64,000 nucleotides of DNA. Origin: an uncultured Verrucomicrobiae bacterium (GTDB lineage Bacteria; Verrucomicrobiota; Verrucomicrobiia; Chthoniobacterales; Chthoniobacteraceae). Positions 10,858 through 22,770 of the stretch are shown here, piece by piece. A program made the position numbers and the translations under genes. A model generated the notes under the pieces. The model had not been told where the DNA came from, searched no databases, and worked only from the letters and a program-made list of their open reading frames with translations. The stretch is from the NCBI GenBank assembly GCA_963769025.1, contig CAVYKI010000006.1, positions 608,001-672,000 of the forward strand. Direction: 5' to 3'. How positions within the stretch are numbered: the stretch's first letter is position 1; the number at the start of each line of letters is the position of its first letter.

Positions 10858-10899
10858 GCTGCACGGACATCGGGAGCATCCGCGGAAAGGAGGAGTCTA

Positions 10900-11045
10900 T
10901 CCGCAGATTTCGCAGATGGAGGCAGATTGTCGGAGAGGAGCGGAGGGAAGCGCAAACGCATCCGCGGCGCATCCGGGGTGCAGCCGCGTGCTTCGGAGGC
11001 CGCTTGTTCGATTTTTCCTCTGCGAAAATCTGCATAATCTGCGGA
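10900..11045. repeat. inverted array of 9-bp GCAGAT units (REP-like)
   Basis: tccgcagatttcgcagatggaggcagatt ... tctgcgaaaatctgcataatctgcgga. Confidence 0.7.
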
Positions 11046-11065
11046 CAACCCCGCCGCTAGCTGGG

Positions 11066-12664
11066 TTACCCGAGCGAGGCGACGGAGGCGGCGGTGATCA
11101 GCGGAAGCAGCGCGTACCGGGAATCGCGGCGCGGCTTGTTCGGCTTCGGCTCGCGGGATTGCTGGGGCTGGCGCTGCTGCTGGGGACGGGATTCGGTATC
11201 AGCCGGCGCTTCGTGCATTCCCGCAGTCTCGGCGGCGATGTCGTGGCGATGGTCGTCCGCGTGCCCAGCTTCCTTGCGGGCGGGAGGGAGTTCCATGCAG
11301 CCATTCTGAAATTCCACGACGTAGCCGAGTTGGACGAGGTAGTGGAGGTCCGCGGCGAGCGCTGAGAGCTTTGCCTCGTGGGCTTGTTGGGCTTCCTCGG
11401 TCGCATCGGGCGGGAGTGTGCCGAGAAGCCGCGCGGCAAGCTGCGGACGCTTCATTCCGGGATGCTCGCCGACCGCGGTCAGGATGGCGCTGATGCCCTC
11501 GGAAAATGCCTGCTCGGGGTGCCGCTGCGGGCGGATGCCGGAGGCGTAGAGGATTTTCCGCTTCCACTTGAAGAGCTGCAGCCCGGCTTCGTTGAAGTAA
11601 GGACGCAGCGCATTCACCATTTGCACGGGCACCTCGCGCTCGCGCTCCACGGCGTCGCGCACGGTGAAGCCGATGCTCTTGTCCAGCAGTGAACCGGCGA
11701 TGGCACCGCCGACTTCGAGCGAGTTGCCGCTGGTCAGCAGCGAAGGAAGGTGCGTTTTGCGGAAGTGCTCCTCGGCCTCCTGCTCGGTCTTGAAAACAAT
11801 CGGCTCCTCGCCCTCGGCGACCTTGGTCTTGTAGGTAGTGACGCTGCTCGCCTGCTGCTTCCACTGCTCGACGGCGGCGGGGTCGGTGACGTTGTCGATG
11901 TTCCGCTGGAAGTCCTGGAACGACATCCGGCGCGCGTAGCGCTCCTCGTAAAGCTTGCGCAGCGCGACCTGGTAGCCGTGGTGACTCGACGGCCCGAGAA
12001 GTGCGCCGCTGAGACGGTCGCGCGCGACGCTCGTGTAGTTGCCCTTCGGCGGCTCGCCCTGCACGACTTCGGTGATGTAGTGCTTGTCGAAGTTCGCCTT
12101 GAACGCACCGCTCTCGACGGCGGAACGATCGAAGGAAAGCGGACCTTCGCAGATGCGATACATCACGGCATTTGGATCGAGCGCCGTCACACGCACGCGG
12201 AACCGGTCGAAGCGATCCATGAACATGTTCGCGACGCGGAAGACGCCGCAAGCGCGTGCGCTGGCCTTGATCTGCTTTGCGATCCCCGCCGCGGCTGCCG
12301 GTTCGGGAAGGATCTCCACTTTCACCACGGGAACACGCGGCGCCTGCGGCTCCGGCGGGCGCTGGTCGCGAAATCCACGGTCGTCGCGCTGCCCGCGGGG
12401 GCCTCCGAATCCGCCCGGTTTGCCCTGCCGTCCGCCCGGTCCGGAAGGGCGCCCGCCGCCACGGTCATCCCTGCGCGGCCCGCGATCCCGATCGCCCTGC
12501 GGCGGGCGCGGTCCACGGCTCGGACCCCGGCCCGGTCCGCGGCGGTCGTCACGTTCGCGACGCGGTTCTTCGCCCGCGAAATCCGCGTAGCGGTTCGGTG
12601 CAGGTGCCTCCTTCAGCCAGGCAGGCAGGAATTTCAAATCGAGTTCAACAGGCGAATCACTCAT
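11066..12664 (-). CDS. hypothetical protein with an Arg/Gly/Pro-rich N-terminal segment
   Basis: Long ORF with host-like codon use, starts MSDSPVELDLKFLPAW. Confidence 0.75.
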   Translation of the reverse strand: MSDSPVELDLKFLPAWLKEAPAPNRYADFAGEEPRRERDDRRGPGRGPSRGPRPPQGDRDRGPRRDDRGGGRPSGPGGRQGKPGGFGGPRGQRDDRGFRDQRPPEPQAPRVPVVKVEILPEPAAAAGIAKQIKASARACGVFRVANMFMDRFDRFRVRVTALDPNAVMYRICEGPLSFDRSAVESGAFKANFDKHYITEVVQGEPPKGNYTSVARDRLSGALLGPSSHHGYQVALRKLYEERYARRMSFQDFQRNIDNVTDPAAVEQWKQQASSVTTYKTKVAEGEEPIVFKTEQEAEEHFRKTHLPSLLTSGNSLEVGGAIAGSLLDKSIGFTVRDAVEREREVPVQMVNALRPYFNEAGLQLFKWKRKILYASGIRPQRHPEQAFSEGISAILTAVGEHPGMKRPQLAARLLGTLPPDATEEAQQAHEAKLSALAADLHYLVQLGYVVEFQNGCMELPPARKEAGHADDHRHDIAAETAGMHEAPADTESRPQQQRQPQQSREPKPNKPRRDSRYALLPLITAASVASLG

Positions 12665-12820
12665 GTGCGAAGACCGTAAAGCATTCCCGCGGGAATTGGC
12701 AACCACGGCGGAACATTGCGCGCGTTTCTCAGTGCGGAAATATTTTCGAACTTTCGTTGTTGCCAACCTGCGGAACGAACCATAAAGCAACCGCCCGTTT
12801 CGAAAACTACCATCTACGCC

Positions 12821-13066
12821 ATGTCCGAAAAATCCATCTCAGAAAAGGTCAAAGAAATCATCGTCGAACAACTCGGCGTGAACCCTGAACAGGTCACCGA
12901 ATCCGCATCGTTCATCGAGGATCTCGGCGCCGACTCGCTCGACACTGTCGAACTCGTCATGGCCTTCGAGGAGGTCTTCGGCGTGGAAGTACCGGACGAG
13001 GACGCCGAGAAGCTCCAGACCGTCGGCAACGTCGTCGATTACATCGAGAAAAAGACCGCGAAGTAA
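12821..13066 (+). CDS. acpP: acyl carrier protein
   Basis: [18 protein letters not shown]. Confidence 0.97.
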   Translation: MSEKSISEKVKEIIVEQLGVNPEQVTESASFIEDLGADSLDTVELVMAFEEVFGVEVPDEDAEKLQTVGNVVDYIEKKTAK

Positions 13067-13100
13067 GCGCTTCGCGAACCCATTTCCCAACACGAAGGAG

Positions 13101-13129
13101 ACCCAGCCAGCCGGCTGGGTTTTCTTTTT
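13101..13129 (+). terminator. intrinsic terminator
   Basis: acccagcc-agcc-ggctgggt followed by T tract. Confidence 0.75.
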
Positions 13130-13212
13130 CCCGGCCGAGGTGCCGCCGGCTGGCAAATTTTTTTTGCAACGGCGCGCAACTACGGCGGACAGCGCGTGTT
13201 TCCCAGCCTCGT

Positions 13213-13671
13213 ATGAAACACTTCACACTCACCCTCAGTCTCGCCGCGACGGCGTTGCTCACCCTCCCCACGCTCAGCCTCGCGGCTGACGAAGCCAAAC
13301 CCGAGCGCAAGCGCCCCGAAGGCGCCGGCGGCCCCGGCGGCCAGCGCCCCAATCCCGAGGAGCGCCTCAAGCGCATGACCGAAACGCTCGGCCTCACGCA
13401 GGAGCAGCAGGACAAGGTCAAGGCGATCTTCGAAGGCGGCCGCGAAGAAATGGCGAAGCTGCGCGAAGTGCCGGAAGGCGAGCGCCGGGAGAAATTCGGC
13501 GAGTTCATGAAAGGTCAAAACGAAAAGGTCCTCGCGGTCCTCACGCCCGAGCAGCAGGAGAAGTATAAGGCTGCCGCTGCGGAGCGTGCGAAGCAGGCCG
13601 GCGACCGTAAGCCGGGCGACCGCAAGCCGGGCGACCGCAAACCGGGCGACCGCAAGCCGGAAGCGAAATAA
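13213..13671 (+). CDS. secreted Spy/CpxP-like (LTxxQ) protein with GDRKP tandem tail
   Basis: Signal peptide; LGLTQEQ and VLTPEQ motifs; four 15-bp repeats at ~13597-13660. Confidence 0.75.
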   Translation: MKHFTLTLSLAATALLTLPTLSLAADEAKPERKRPEGAGGPGGQRPNPEERLKRMTETLGLTQEQQDKVKAIFEGGREEMAKLREVPEGERREKFGEFMKGQNEKVLAVLTPEQQEKYKAAAAERAKQAGDRKPGDRKPGDRKPGDRKPEAK

Positions 13672-13699
13672 CCGAACCGAAACTTCAACCAATCTCACG

Positions 13700-13736
13700 A
13701 AGGGCGGGAAGCGTTGGCTTCCCGCCCTTTTCTTTT
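13700..13736 (+). terminator. intrinsic terminator
   Basis: aagggcgggaagc-gttg-gcttcccgccctt followed by T tract. Confidence 0.85.
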
Positions 13737-13908
13737 GGCTACGGACGATAGTTCGGACGAAGAACCGCGCCCGACGGGATTTCGGCTTGCGCGCGCCGGC
13801 GTCGATATTTGAACGGATGTGCCGGGGCATCCTTATCCCGACATCGCCAAGCGAAATCTTGCCGAGCATGATTTGTCCCTCTACAAGCTGCGCTCCGCTT
13901 TTCACACG

Positions 13909-15096
13909 ATGAATATCCACGAGTACCAAGCCCGCGAACTTTTCGGAAAATTTGGAGTCGCCACCCAACCGGGGCGCGTCGCCAGCACTGCGGAGGAGGC
14001 GGAGAAAGTCGCCGTGGAAGTCGGCACGAAGAACGTCATCGTGAAGGCGCAGATCCACGCGGGCGGACGCGGAAAGGGCACCTTCAAGAGCGGATTCAAG
14101 GGCGGTGTGCACCTCGCGAGTTCGCCGGCGGAGGCGCGGGATTTTGCGGGGAAGATGCTCGGCCAGACGCTCGTGACGCACCAGACGGGGCCGGACGGGA
14201 AACTCGTCGGAAAGGTCTTCGTCGGCGAGGCCGTGGACATCGCGAAGGAACTGTATTTTGCAATCCTCCAGGATCGCGCGACGAGCGGCTACACGATCAT
14301 CGCCAGCACCGAGGGCGGCGTGAACATCGAGGAGGTCGCCGAGCACACGCCGGAGAAAATCGCGCGCGAGCACATCCACCCGACGCTCGGCTTCCAGTCG
14401 TATCAGGGTCGGAAAATCGCGGCGGCACTCGGCCTCCGCGGACCGCTCATGACGCAGGCGGTGAAACTCTTTACGAATCTCTTCAAACTTTTCCTCAGCG
14501 CCGACTGCTCGATGGTGGAAATCAACCCGCTCGTCATCACGACGGATGGCCGGCTCATGGCGCTGGATGCGAAGTTCAACTTCGACGACAACGCGCTCTT
14601 CCGGCATCCGGAGATCGTTGCGATGCGGGACAAATCCGAGGAGGATCCGCGCGAGGTCGCCGCGAGCGAATTCAACCTCAACTACATCGGCCTCGATGGA
14701 AACATCGCCTGCCTCGTCAACGGCGCGGGCCTCGCGATGGCGACGATGGACATCATCCAGCACTACGGCGGCAAGCCCGCGAACTTCCTCGATGTCGGCG
14801 GCGGCGCGAGCAAGGAGCAGGTCACGGCGGCGTTCAAAATCATCCTGAGCGACACCGCGGTGCAGGGCATCCTCGTGAACATCTTCGGAGGCATCATGGA
14901 CTGCGACGTGATCGCCAACGGCATCGTCGCCGCCGCGAAGGAAGTTCACATCGCCATCCCGCTCGTCGTGCGACTCGAAGGCAACAACGTCGCCGCCGGG
15001 AAGAAAACGCTCGCCACGAGCGGCCTCGCGATCTTGAGCGCCGACACGCTCGACGACGCAGCGCAGAAGATCGTCGCCGCAGTCAAAGCCAGCTAG
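13909..15096 (+). CDS. sucC: succinyl-CoA synthetase beta subunit
   Basis: [36 protein letters not shown]. Confidence 0.97.
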   Translation: MNIHEYQARELFGKFGVATQPGRVASTAEEAEKVAVEVGTKNVIVKAQIHAGGRGKGTFKSGFKGGVHLASSPAEARDFAGKMLGQTLVTHQTGPDGKLVGKVFVGEAVDIAKELYFAILQDRATSGYTIIASTEGGVNIEEVAEHTPEKIAREHIHPTLGFQSYQGRKIAAALGLRGPLMTQAVKLFTNLFKLFLSADCSMVEINPLVITTDGRLMALDAKFNFDDNALFRHPEIVAMRDKSEEDPREVAASEFNLNYIGLDGNIACLVNGAGLAMATMDIIQHYGGKPANFLDVGGGASKEQVTAAFKIILSDTAVQGILVNIFGGIMDCDVIANGIVAAAKEVHIAIPLVVRLEGNNVAAGKKTLATSGLAILSADTLDDAAQKIVAAVKAS

Positions 15097-15105
15097 CCGC
15101 GCACA

Positions 15106-15480
15106 GTGAAAGTCACCGAACTCGCCTTTGCCTCCTACCCTGTCACCGACGTGGCGCGGGCGCGCGCTTTCTACGAAGGCGTGCTCGGCCTCAAGGCGAC
15201 GATGGACCAGGACATGGGCGAGAAAGGCCACTGGATCGAATACGACATCGGCGCAGGCACGCTCGGAATCGGGCGGTACGAGGGCTGGAAGCCCACGGGC
15301 GACGGATGCGTCGTTGCGCTCGAAATGGACGATTTCGACACCGCCATCGCGGAACTCAAAAACGCGGGGACGCCATTCCGCATGGGCCCGTTTGAGACGC
15401 CCATTTGCCACATGGCGATGGTGAGCGATCCGGACGGCAACACACTCATCATCCACAAGCGCAAGCCGGGGCACCACTGA
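15106..15480 (+). CDS. VOC/glyoxalase-family protein
   Basis: [17 protein letters not shown] ... DPDGN. Confidence 0.85.
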   Translation: MKVTELAFASYPVTDVARARAFYEGVLGLKATMDQDMGEKGHWIEYDIGAGTLGIGRYEGWKPTGDGCVVALEMDDFDTAIAELKNAGTPFRMGPFETPICHMAMVSDPDGNTLIIHKRKPGHH

Positions 15481-15520
15481 CCCTCATCCTTCAAACTTTC
15501 TTCCTTCATCCTTTTTTCCA

Positions 15521-16429
15521 ATGGCCATCCTCGTCACACCACAGACTCGCATCCTCGTCCAAGGCATCACCGGCGACTTCGGCTCGCGACACGCGAAGCT
15601 CTCGCTCGACTACGGCACGCAGCTCGTCGCCGGCGTCACGCCGGGAAAAGGCGGGCAGGTTTTTGAACATAACGGACACAAGGTGCCCGTCTTCGACACC
15701 GTCGCCGAGGCCGCGAAGCAGACCGGCGCGACCGTGAGTGTCATCTTCGTCCCGCCGCCGTTCGCCGCCGATGCGATCCTCGAGAGCGTGGACGCGGGAC
15801 TCGATCTCGCCGTCGCGATCACCGAAGGCATCCCGGTGAACGACATGGTGCGTGCGAAGGCCGCGATGGCCGGCAGCAAGACGCGGCTCATCGGGCCGAA
15901 TTGCCCCGGCCTCGTCACGCCCGGCACGGGCAAGGATTCGCACGGCGGCTGCCGCATCGGCATCGCGCCCGGCTACATTCACAAGCGCGGCAATGTCGGC
16001 GTCGTCTCGCGCAGCGGCACGCTCACGTATGAGGCCGTGTGGCAGCTCACCTCGCGCGGCTACGGGCAGACCACGTGCGTCGGCATCGGCGGCGATCCCG
16101 TGAACGGCACCTCGCATCTCGACGTGATGAAGATGTTCAACGAAGACCCCGAGACCGAAGCCATCATCATGATCGGCGAAATCGGCGGCGAAGCCGAGGA
16201 GCAGGCCGCGGCCTGGGTGAAGGCGAATTGCAAGAAGCCCGTCGCCGCATTCATCGCCGGAGCCAGCGCGCCTCCCGGACGCCGCATGGGCCACGCGGGC
16301 GCGATCGTGAGCGGAGGAAAAGGCACCGCCGCCGCTAAGATCGCCGCGCTCAAGGACGCCGGCATCGCCGTCTCCGAAACGCCGAGTGCGATGGCGGACA
16401 CGCTGCTGCGGCATTGGGGCAAGGCGTAG
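15521..16429 (+). CDS. sucD: succinyl-CoA synthetase alpha subunit
   Basis: [28 protein letters not shown]. Confidence 0.97.
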   Translation: MAILVTPQTRILVQGITGDFGSRHAKLSLDYGTQLVAGVTPGKGGQVFEHNGHKVPVFDTVAEAAKQTGATVSVIFVPPPFAADAILESVDAGLDLAVAITEGIPVNDMVRAKAAMAGSKTRLIGPNCPGLVTPGTGKDSHGGCRIGIAPGYIHKRGNVGVVSRSGTLTYEAVWQLTSRGYGQTTCVGIGGDPVNGTSHLDVMKMFNEDPETEAIIMIGEIGGEAEEQAAAWVKANCKKPVAAFIAGASAPPGRRMGHAGAIVSGGKGTAAAKIAALKDAGIAVSETPSAMADTLLRHWGKA

Positions 16430-16751
16430 CCGTTCAGGTCATCCACGCCGGACGCGCCGCGTCAGGGATTGTTTTTCGATTCCGCCGATAATGTAGGATT
16501 TCGCACATCCGGGATGTGCGTTCAAAGCGGTCATCGTCGTTCGATGCGCAGATGAATTGCCGATTTCGGCGGATCCATTTGAGTGACGATATGAAGGCTT
16601 TCCATGATCTCAAAGTCGGCAGCCAGATCGCGATCCGCGGGTGTCGCCGTGTTTGCTCCGGGCTTCGCCGACGCTTCGGTGAATCCTTGCTGGACGTCCG
16701 AACTGACAGCGGCAAAACACCAGCGCGCCAATGTCGCGCCCTTTTCCCCTC

Positions 16752-18260
16752 ATGAAATCCCTCCGCCTCCTCGCCGCATTCCTTCTCGCAGCCGCCGTCG
16801 CCCGTTCCGCCACGCACGCTGCGGAGAAGCCGAACGTCATCTTTCTCCTCGCCGACGACATCGGCTATGCGGACCTCTCGTGCTACGGCGCGAAGCACGT
16901 GAAGACTCCGAACCTCGACCGGCTTGCTGCGCAGGGGTGCCGGTTCACGGATGCGCATTCGCCGGCGTCCACTTGCACGCCCACGCGGCGCGCGTTCCTC
17001 ACCGGCGTGTATTCGTGGCGCCAGCAGCCGGGATCGAGCATCGCGCCGGGGGATGCGCCGCTGAGCATTCCTGTCGGCACGCCCACCGTGGCGTCCATCA
17101 TGAAGCAGGCGGGCTACCGCACGGGCATCGTGGGGAAGTGGCACATGGGACTCGGGCCTGAGGGCGGGCCGGATTGGAATGGCGACATCAAGCCGGGGCC
17201 GATGGAGATCGGTTTTGACTCGTCGTTCATCATGGCTGCCACTGGTGACCGTGTGCCGACGGTATACGTGGACGGGCACCGCATCGCCGGGCTCGATCCG
17301 AAGGATCCCATCACCGTCAGCTACAAGGCGAAAGTGGGCGCTGAGCCGACGGGTCGCGAGAATCCCGAGGTGCTGAAGCTCAAGCACACGCACGGCCATG
17401 ACATGACGATCGTGAATGGCGTGGGTCGCATCGGCTGGATGACGGGCGGCAAGGCAGCGCGCTGGAAGGATGAAGACATGAGCGACATCTTTGCCGGCAA
17501 GGCCGTGAAGTTCATCGAGGACAGCAAGGACACGCCGTTTTTCCTGTACTACGCCACGCATAATATCCATGTGCCCCGCGTCCCGCATCCGCGCTTCAAA
17601 GGCAGGAGCGGTGCGGGCACCCGTGGCGATGCGATCGCGGAACTCGATGACGCCGTCGGCAAGGTGATGGCGAAACTCGACGAGCTGAAACTCACGGAAA
17701 AGACGCTGTTCATTTTCAGCAGCGACAATGGCGGAGTGATGGATGACGGCTACGAGGACGTCGGCAGCTTCGACTACAATCCGAACACGCCGCTCAACGG
17801 CCGCAAGGGCAACGTCCTTGAGGGCGGCCACCGCGTACCCTTCATCGCGTGCTGGCCGGGACACATCAAACCCGGCACGAAGAGCGACGCACTCATCGCG
17901 CTGCTCGACATGCCCGCCACGTTTGCAGCGCTCACTGGCGTGAAAATCCCGCCCGGTGGCTGTCGCGATAGCGTCAACGTGCTCCCCGCGCTCCTCGGCG
18001 AAGCGAAGACCGCGCGCGAAACCTTCGTCGCCCACAACGGCGGGATGAGAGGTCCCTTCGGCTTTCGTGTCGGCAACTGGAAGCTCATCACCGCGGGCGC
18101 GAGCGCCTACGGGGGAGGAAAGAAAAACGCGAAACCCGGGGAGTCTGGCGTGCAACTCTTCGACCTCGCCGCCGACCTCGGCGAAACCAAAAACCTCGCC
18201 AGCGAAAAGCCTGAAAAGGTGAAGGAACTCGGCGACCTGCTCTCGAAGATCCGTGATTAG
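16752..18260 (+). CDS. arylsulfatase (Cys-type)
   Basis: KPNVIFLLADD, CTPTR (CxPxR), GKWH, SDNG. Confidence 0.93.
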   Translation: MKSLRLLAAFLLAAAVARSATHAAEKPNVIFLLADDIGYADLSCYGAKHVKTPNLDRLAAQGCRFTDAHSPASTCTPTRRAFLTGVYSWRQQPGSSIAPGDAPLSIPVGTPTVASIMKQAGYRTGIVGKWHMGLGPEGGPDWNGDIKPGPMEIGFDSSFIMAATGDRVPTVYVDGHRIAGLDPKDPITVSYKAKVGAEPTGRENPEVLKLKHTHGHDMTIVNGVGRIGWMTGGKAARWKDEDMSDIFAGKAVKFIEDSKDTPFFLYYATHNIHVPRVPHPRFKGRSGAGTRGDAIAELDDAVGKVMAKLDELKLTEKTLFIFSSDNGGVMDDGYEDVGSFDYNPNTPLNGRKGNVLEGGHRVPFIACWPGHIKPGTKSDALIALLDMPATFAALTGVKIPPGGCRDSVNVLPALLGEAKTARETFVAHNGGMRGPFGFRVGNWKLITAGASAYGGGKKNAKPGESGVQLFDLAADLGETKNLASEKPEKVKELGDLLSKIRD

Positions 18261-18427
18261 GGAAATCGGATCAGGAGCGGCGGGCCGTTGCCTTCCGCCG
18301 CCGCCGGTGTCGCTTTTCGGGTGGTGATTGGGCGGCGAACGCGAGGCAAATGTGCCAATTTTCGCCTCCGGCAAAAAAAGCCTTGCGTGCCAGCAGGGAC
18401 ATCTCCTACGTTCCCGCCCACGAAAAC

Positions 18428-18500
18428 GCGGGCGTAGCTCAGTTGGTAGAGCATCTCGTTGCCAACGAGAATGTCGAGAGTTCGAATCTCTTCGCCCGCT
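18428..18500 (+). tRNA. tRNA-Gly(GCC), CCA not encoded
   Basis: Acceptor stem GCGGGCG/CGCCCGC; D arm AGCTCAGTTGGTAGAGC; anticodon arm TCTCG-TTGCCAA-CGAGA; T loop GTTCGAAT. Confidence 0.95.
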
Positions 18501-18744
18501 CTCCTTTCGTCACAGGTGTCCCCGGCAGGGACGAGGCAGGGCATCGGGGGTGGGGAAACGGGATCCTCACCGGGGATTTGGTATGTCCAAATTCACCAAG
18601 GCGTCGAACTCATCGCGGGCGGGCGTGTCGCTGCGATGGGAAGGGGCAGGGGCGGAATTCCATCCATGCTCCGGTGTTGACGAAGGTCGCCAGCGTCCCT
18701 TTTATGCGCCGTTCTTTCTCCAGGCACTCAAAGAACCAACATAG

Positions 18745-19803
<1,059 letters not shown>

Positions 19804-19942
19804 GCACTCCGCGCCAGATGGCGCGCAAACATTCACCAAGACGCCGGGCGGGCCGCAGAGGCTCCCCGGCGTTTTGCTTTTCACGGCCGGCATCCGCGAC
19901 CCTTGACCCGGCGTATCCGGCAGTGCTTCGTTCCACTCCTTC

Positions 19943-21076
19943 ATGCTAAGGCTCGCGCTCAAGATGCTCTACGGTGACGTGGCGAAGTTCGTCATGCTTC
20001 TCGGCGGGCTCACATTTTGCGCCCTGCTGATGACCCAGCAGAGCGGGGTCTTCTGCGGGTTGATGCTCTGGACCACGTCCACACTGCGGAACATCAAGGT
20101 GCCGATCTGGGTCTGCGATGCAAAGGTCGAGCAGGTCAACGAAGTGATCCCGCTGCGCGACATCGAGGTGAACCGCGTGCGCAGCATCGAGGGCGTGGAC
20201 TGGGCGGTGCCGCTTTACTGGGGAATCATCCAGGCGCGCCTGCGCGACGGCTCATTCCAACCGGTGCAGCTCACCGGGCTCGACAGCGCGACGATGGTCG
20301 GCCGCCCGGCACGCATGACTGCGGGCAACATCGAGGATTTGCGGCTGCCGAACGCGGTCATCGTCGATCAGATCGCGATCAAGAAATTCAAGCGCAAGGG
20401 CTTCGACCTCAAACTCGGCGACACTTTCGAGATCAACGACAAGGAGGCTCGCGTCGTCGGCATCTGTTACGCCGAGCAGAGCTTTCTCGGACAGCCGTAC
20501 GTTTACACGACCTACGAGCGCGCGCTCGAATACGCGCCGCCGCAGCGCAAGCTGCTCTCGTTCGTGCTGGTGAAGCCGCGTGACGACGTGGCGGCCGCCG
20601 ACGTCGTCCGGCGAATCCGTGCGATCCCCGGGCTCAATGCGTTCACCGATCAGGAATTCAACGACCGCACCATCGACTGGTATATCAAGTACACCGGCAT
20701 CCCGATTTCCTTCGGCACCGTGGTCATCCTCGGCGCGCTCGTGGGCATCGCGATCGCGGGGCAGACCTTCTACCTTTTCGTGCATGAAAATGTGCGGCAC
20801 CTCGCCGCGCTGAAGGCGATGGGCGCGGACAACACGCTGCTCGCCGAGATGGTATTCCTGCAGGCGTTCACCGTCGGCACGATGGGCTACGGCCTGGGCA
20901 CGGGACTCACCGCCATCTTCGGGAACATCTTCCTGAAAACGGGCGAGCCGCCGTTCTTCCTCCCGTGGCAGGTGCTCGCGTTCACGGGATCGATCATCGT
21001 TTTCATCTGCCTCTTCTCGGCCTCGATCGGGCTGCTCAAAGTCATCCGCGCCGAGCCGGCGATCGTATTCCGATGA
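19943..21076 (+). CDS. ABC exporter permease (DevC/FtsX/MacB-like)
   Basis: N-terminal TM, periplasmic domain, LKAMGA motif, three C-terminal TMs. Confidence 0.88.
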   Translation: MLRLALKMLYGDVAKFVMLLGGLTFCALLMTQQSGVFCGLMLWTTSTLRNIKVPIWVCDAKVEQVNEVIPLRDIEVNRVRSIEGVDWAVPLYWGIIQARLRDGSFQPVQLTGLDSATMVGRPARMTAGNIEDLRLPNAVIVDQIAIKKFKRKGFDLKLGDTFEINDKEARVVGICYAEQSFLGQPYVYTTYERALEYAPPQRKLLSFVLVKPRDDVAAADVVRRIRAIPGLNAFTDQEFNDRTIDWYIKYTGIPISFGTVVILGALVGIAIAGQTFYLFVHENVRHLAALKAMGADNTLLAEMVFLQAFTVGTMGYGLGTGLTAIFGNIFLKTGEPPFFLPWQVLAFTGSIIVFICLFSASIGLLKVIRAEPAIVFR

Positions 21077-21798
21077 TCGAGAACGGAAAACAGACCGCCG
21101 TGCTCACACGCGGCGTCACGAAGACGTTTGGCCGCGGCGACAACGCCGTGCGTGCGCTCAAGGGCGTGGATTTTGAAGCGCGCTGCGGCGAGATGGTGAT
21201 GATCGTCGGCCCGTCCGGCTGCGGGAAGACGACCTTCCTCAGCGTCATCTGCGGCACGATGAAGGCCGACGCGGGCAGCGTGGATGTCTTCGGCACCGAC
21301 CTCATCCATCTCCGCGCCGGCAGGCTCACGGAGTTTCGCGGGCGGAACGTCGGGTTCATCTTCCAGCAGTTCAATCTCATCCCGACCTGGAACATCCTCG
21401 AGAACGCGAGCATCCCGCTGCTCCTGCAGGGCCAGAGCCGGCGCAAGGCTGAGGACACCGCGGCGGCGATGCTCACCGAGGTCGGCCTCGGCGAGCGGCT
21501 CGGCGCGCATCCGCAGCAGCTCTCCGGCGGCCAGCAGCAGCGCGTCGCCATCGCCCGCGCGCTCGTGCATGAGCCGCGCCTGCTCATCTGCGACGAGCCC
21601 ACCGCGGCGCTCGACGCCGCGACGGGGCACAAGGTTCTCGAACTCCTCAAGGCCAGTGCCTGCCGCGCGGATCGCTGCGTCATCGTCGTCACCCACGACA
21701 GCCGCATCTTCAGCTTCGCGGACCGCATCGCGGAAATGGAGGACGGCATCGTGAAAAGGATCCACGACGCCGGGCAGTATAACGCCCAATACGTCTGA
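21073..21798 (+). CDS. ABC transporter ATP-binding protein
   Basis: GPSGCGKT, LSGGQQQRVAIARAL, DEPT, VTHD. Confidence 0.95.
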   Translation: MIENGKQTAVLTRGVTKTFGRGDNAVRALKGVDFEARCGEMVMIVGPSGCGKTTFLSVICGTMKADAGSVDVFGTDLIHLRAGRLTEFRGRNVGFIFQQFNLIPTWNILENASIPLLLQGQSRRKAEDTAAAMLTEVGLGERLGAHPQQLSGGQQQRVAIARALVHEPRLLICDEPTAALDAATGHKVLELLKASACRADRCVIVVTHDSRIFSFADRIAEMEDGIVKRIHDAGQYNAQYV

Positions 21799-21816
21799 GT
21801 TGCGCCCGCATTTTCC

Positions 21817-22770
21817 ATGAAACGCCTCATCTTCTGGCTCCTCATTGTCACCGCGATTGTCGGTGCATTCGCGTCCGTGCGGCTCGTGCTCACGTCGCGG
21901 AAAACCATTCCCGCCGCCACCGCACTCAACGAACCGCCGCGCGCGCCATTTCCGAAATCCATCGGCGGCCGCGGCCTCGTCGAGAGCGTGAACGAAAACG
22001 TCCGCATCGCCCCGGCCGTCGCCGCGCTGGTCGCGAAGGTGAATGTGAAGGTCGGTGACGACGTGAACAAAGGCGACGTCCTCATCGAGCAGGACACGCG
22101 CGACGCCGCGGCGCTCGTCACCGCGCAGGAGGCGGAATTCGAAGCGCTGCAAAAGCAGCTAGCGGAGGCGGAGGTGGGTCTCGCCGACAAGCGCGACCAG
22201 TGGGAGCGCATGCAAAAGCTGATCGCGACCGGCGTCGCCAGCGAGGACGAGAAACAGCGCAAGCTATTCGCCGTGCAGAGCGCGGAGGCGCAGTTTGGCA
22301 GCATGAAGGCGCGCATCGCGGGCGCGGAGGCGCAACTCCATCGCGCAAAGGTCCAGCTCGACCTCCTCACCATCCGCGCGCCGCGCGACGGCCGCATCCT
22401 TCAGGTCAACATCCGTGCCGGGGAATACGCGTCGCCGATGACGCTCATGGCCGGCGCGACGGACCCCATCCTCATCCTCGGCCAGACCGAGCAGCTCCAG
22501 CTCCGCGCAGACATCGACGAGGACAACGCCTCGCGCGTCCGTCCCGGCATGGAGGCGAAGGCATACATCAAGGGCCGTCGCGACGTGGAGATCCTGTTGC
22601 GGTTCGTTCGCATCGAGCCGTACATCGTTCCGAAACGATCGCTCACCGGCGACAGCAGCGAACATGTGGACACCCGCGTGTTGCAAATCATCTACCGCTT
22701 CGACCGCCCCCAGGGCGCCAGCATTTACGTCGGCCAGCAGATGGATGTCTTCCTCGACGCAGGGAAATAG
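21817..22770 (+). CDS. HlyD/DevB-family membrane fusion protein
   Basis: VKVGDDVNKGDVL lipoyl half, coiled coil, IRAPRDGRIL, DTRVLQ. Confidence 0.9.
   Translation: MKRLIFWLLIVTAIVGAFASVRLVLTSRKTIPAATALNEPPRAPFPKSIGGRGLVESVNENVRIAPAVAALVAKVNVKVGDDVNKGDVLIEQDTRDAAALVTAQEAEFEALQKQLAEAEVGLADKRDQWERMQKLIATGVASEDEKQRKLFAVQSAEAQFGSMKARIAGAEAQLHRAKVQLDLLTIRAPRDGRILQVNIRAGEYASPMTLMAGATDPILILGQTEQLQLRADIDEDNASRVRPGMEAKAYIKGRRDVEILLRFVRIEPYIVPKRSLTGDSSEHVDTRVLQIIYRFDRPQGASIYVGQQMDVFLDAGK

Noticed and set aside
13180..15477. 765-aa minus-strand ORF and similar long antisense ORFs (e.g. 55576-57864, 16434-18374, 6880-8373)
   Set aside because: Shadow ORFs opposite well-supported genes; expected in high-GC DNA.
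15106..15480. Gene inserted between sucC and sucD as a mobile element
   Set aside because: Co-oriented ordinary VOC gene with host-like codon use and no flanking repeats.
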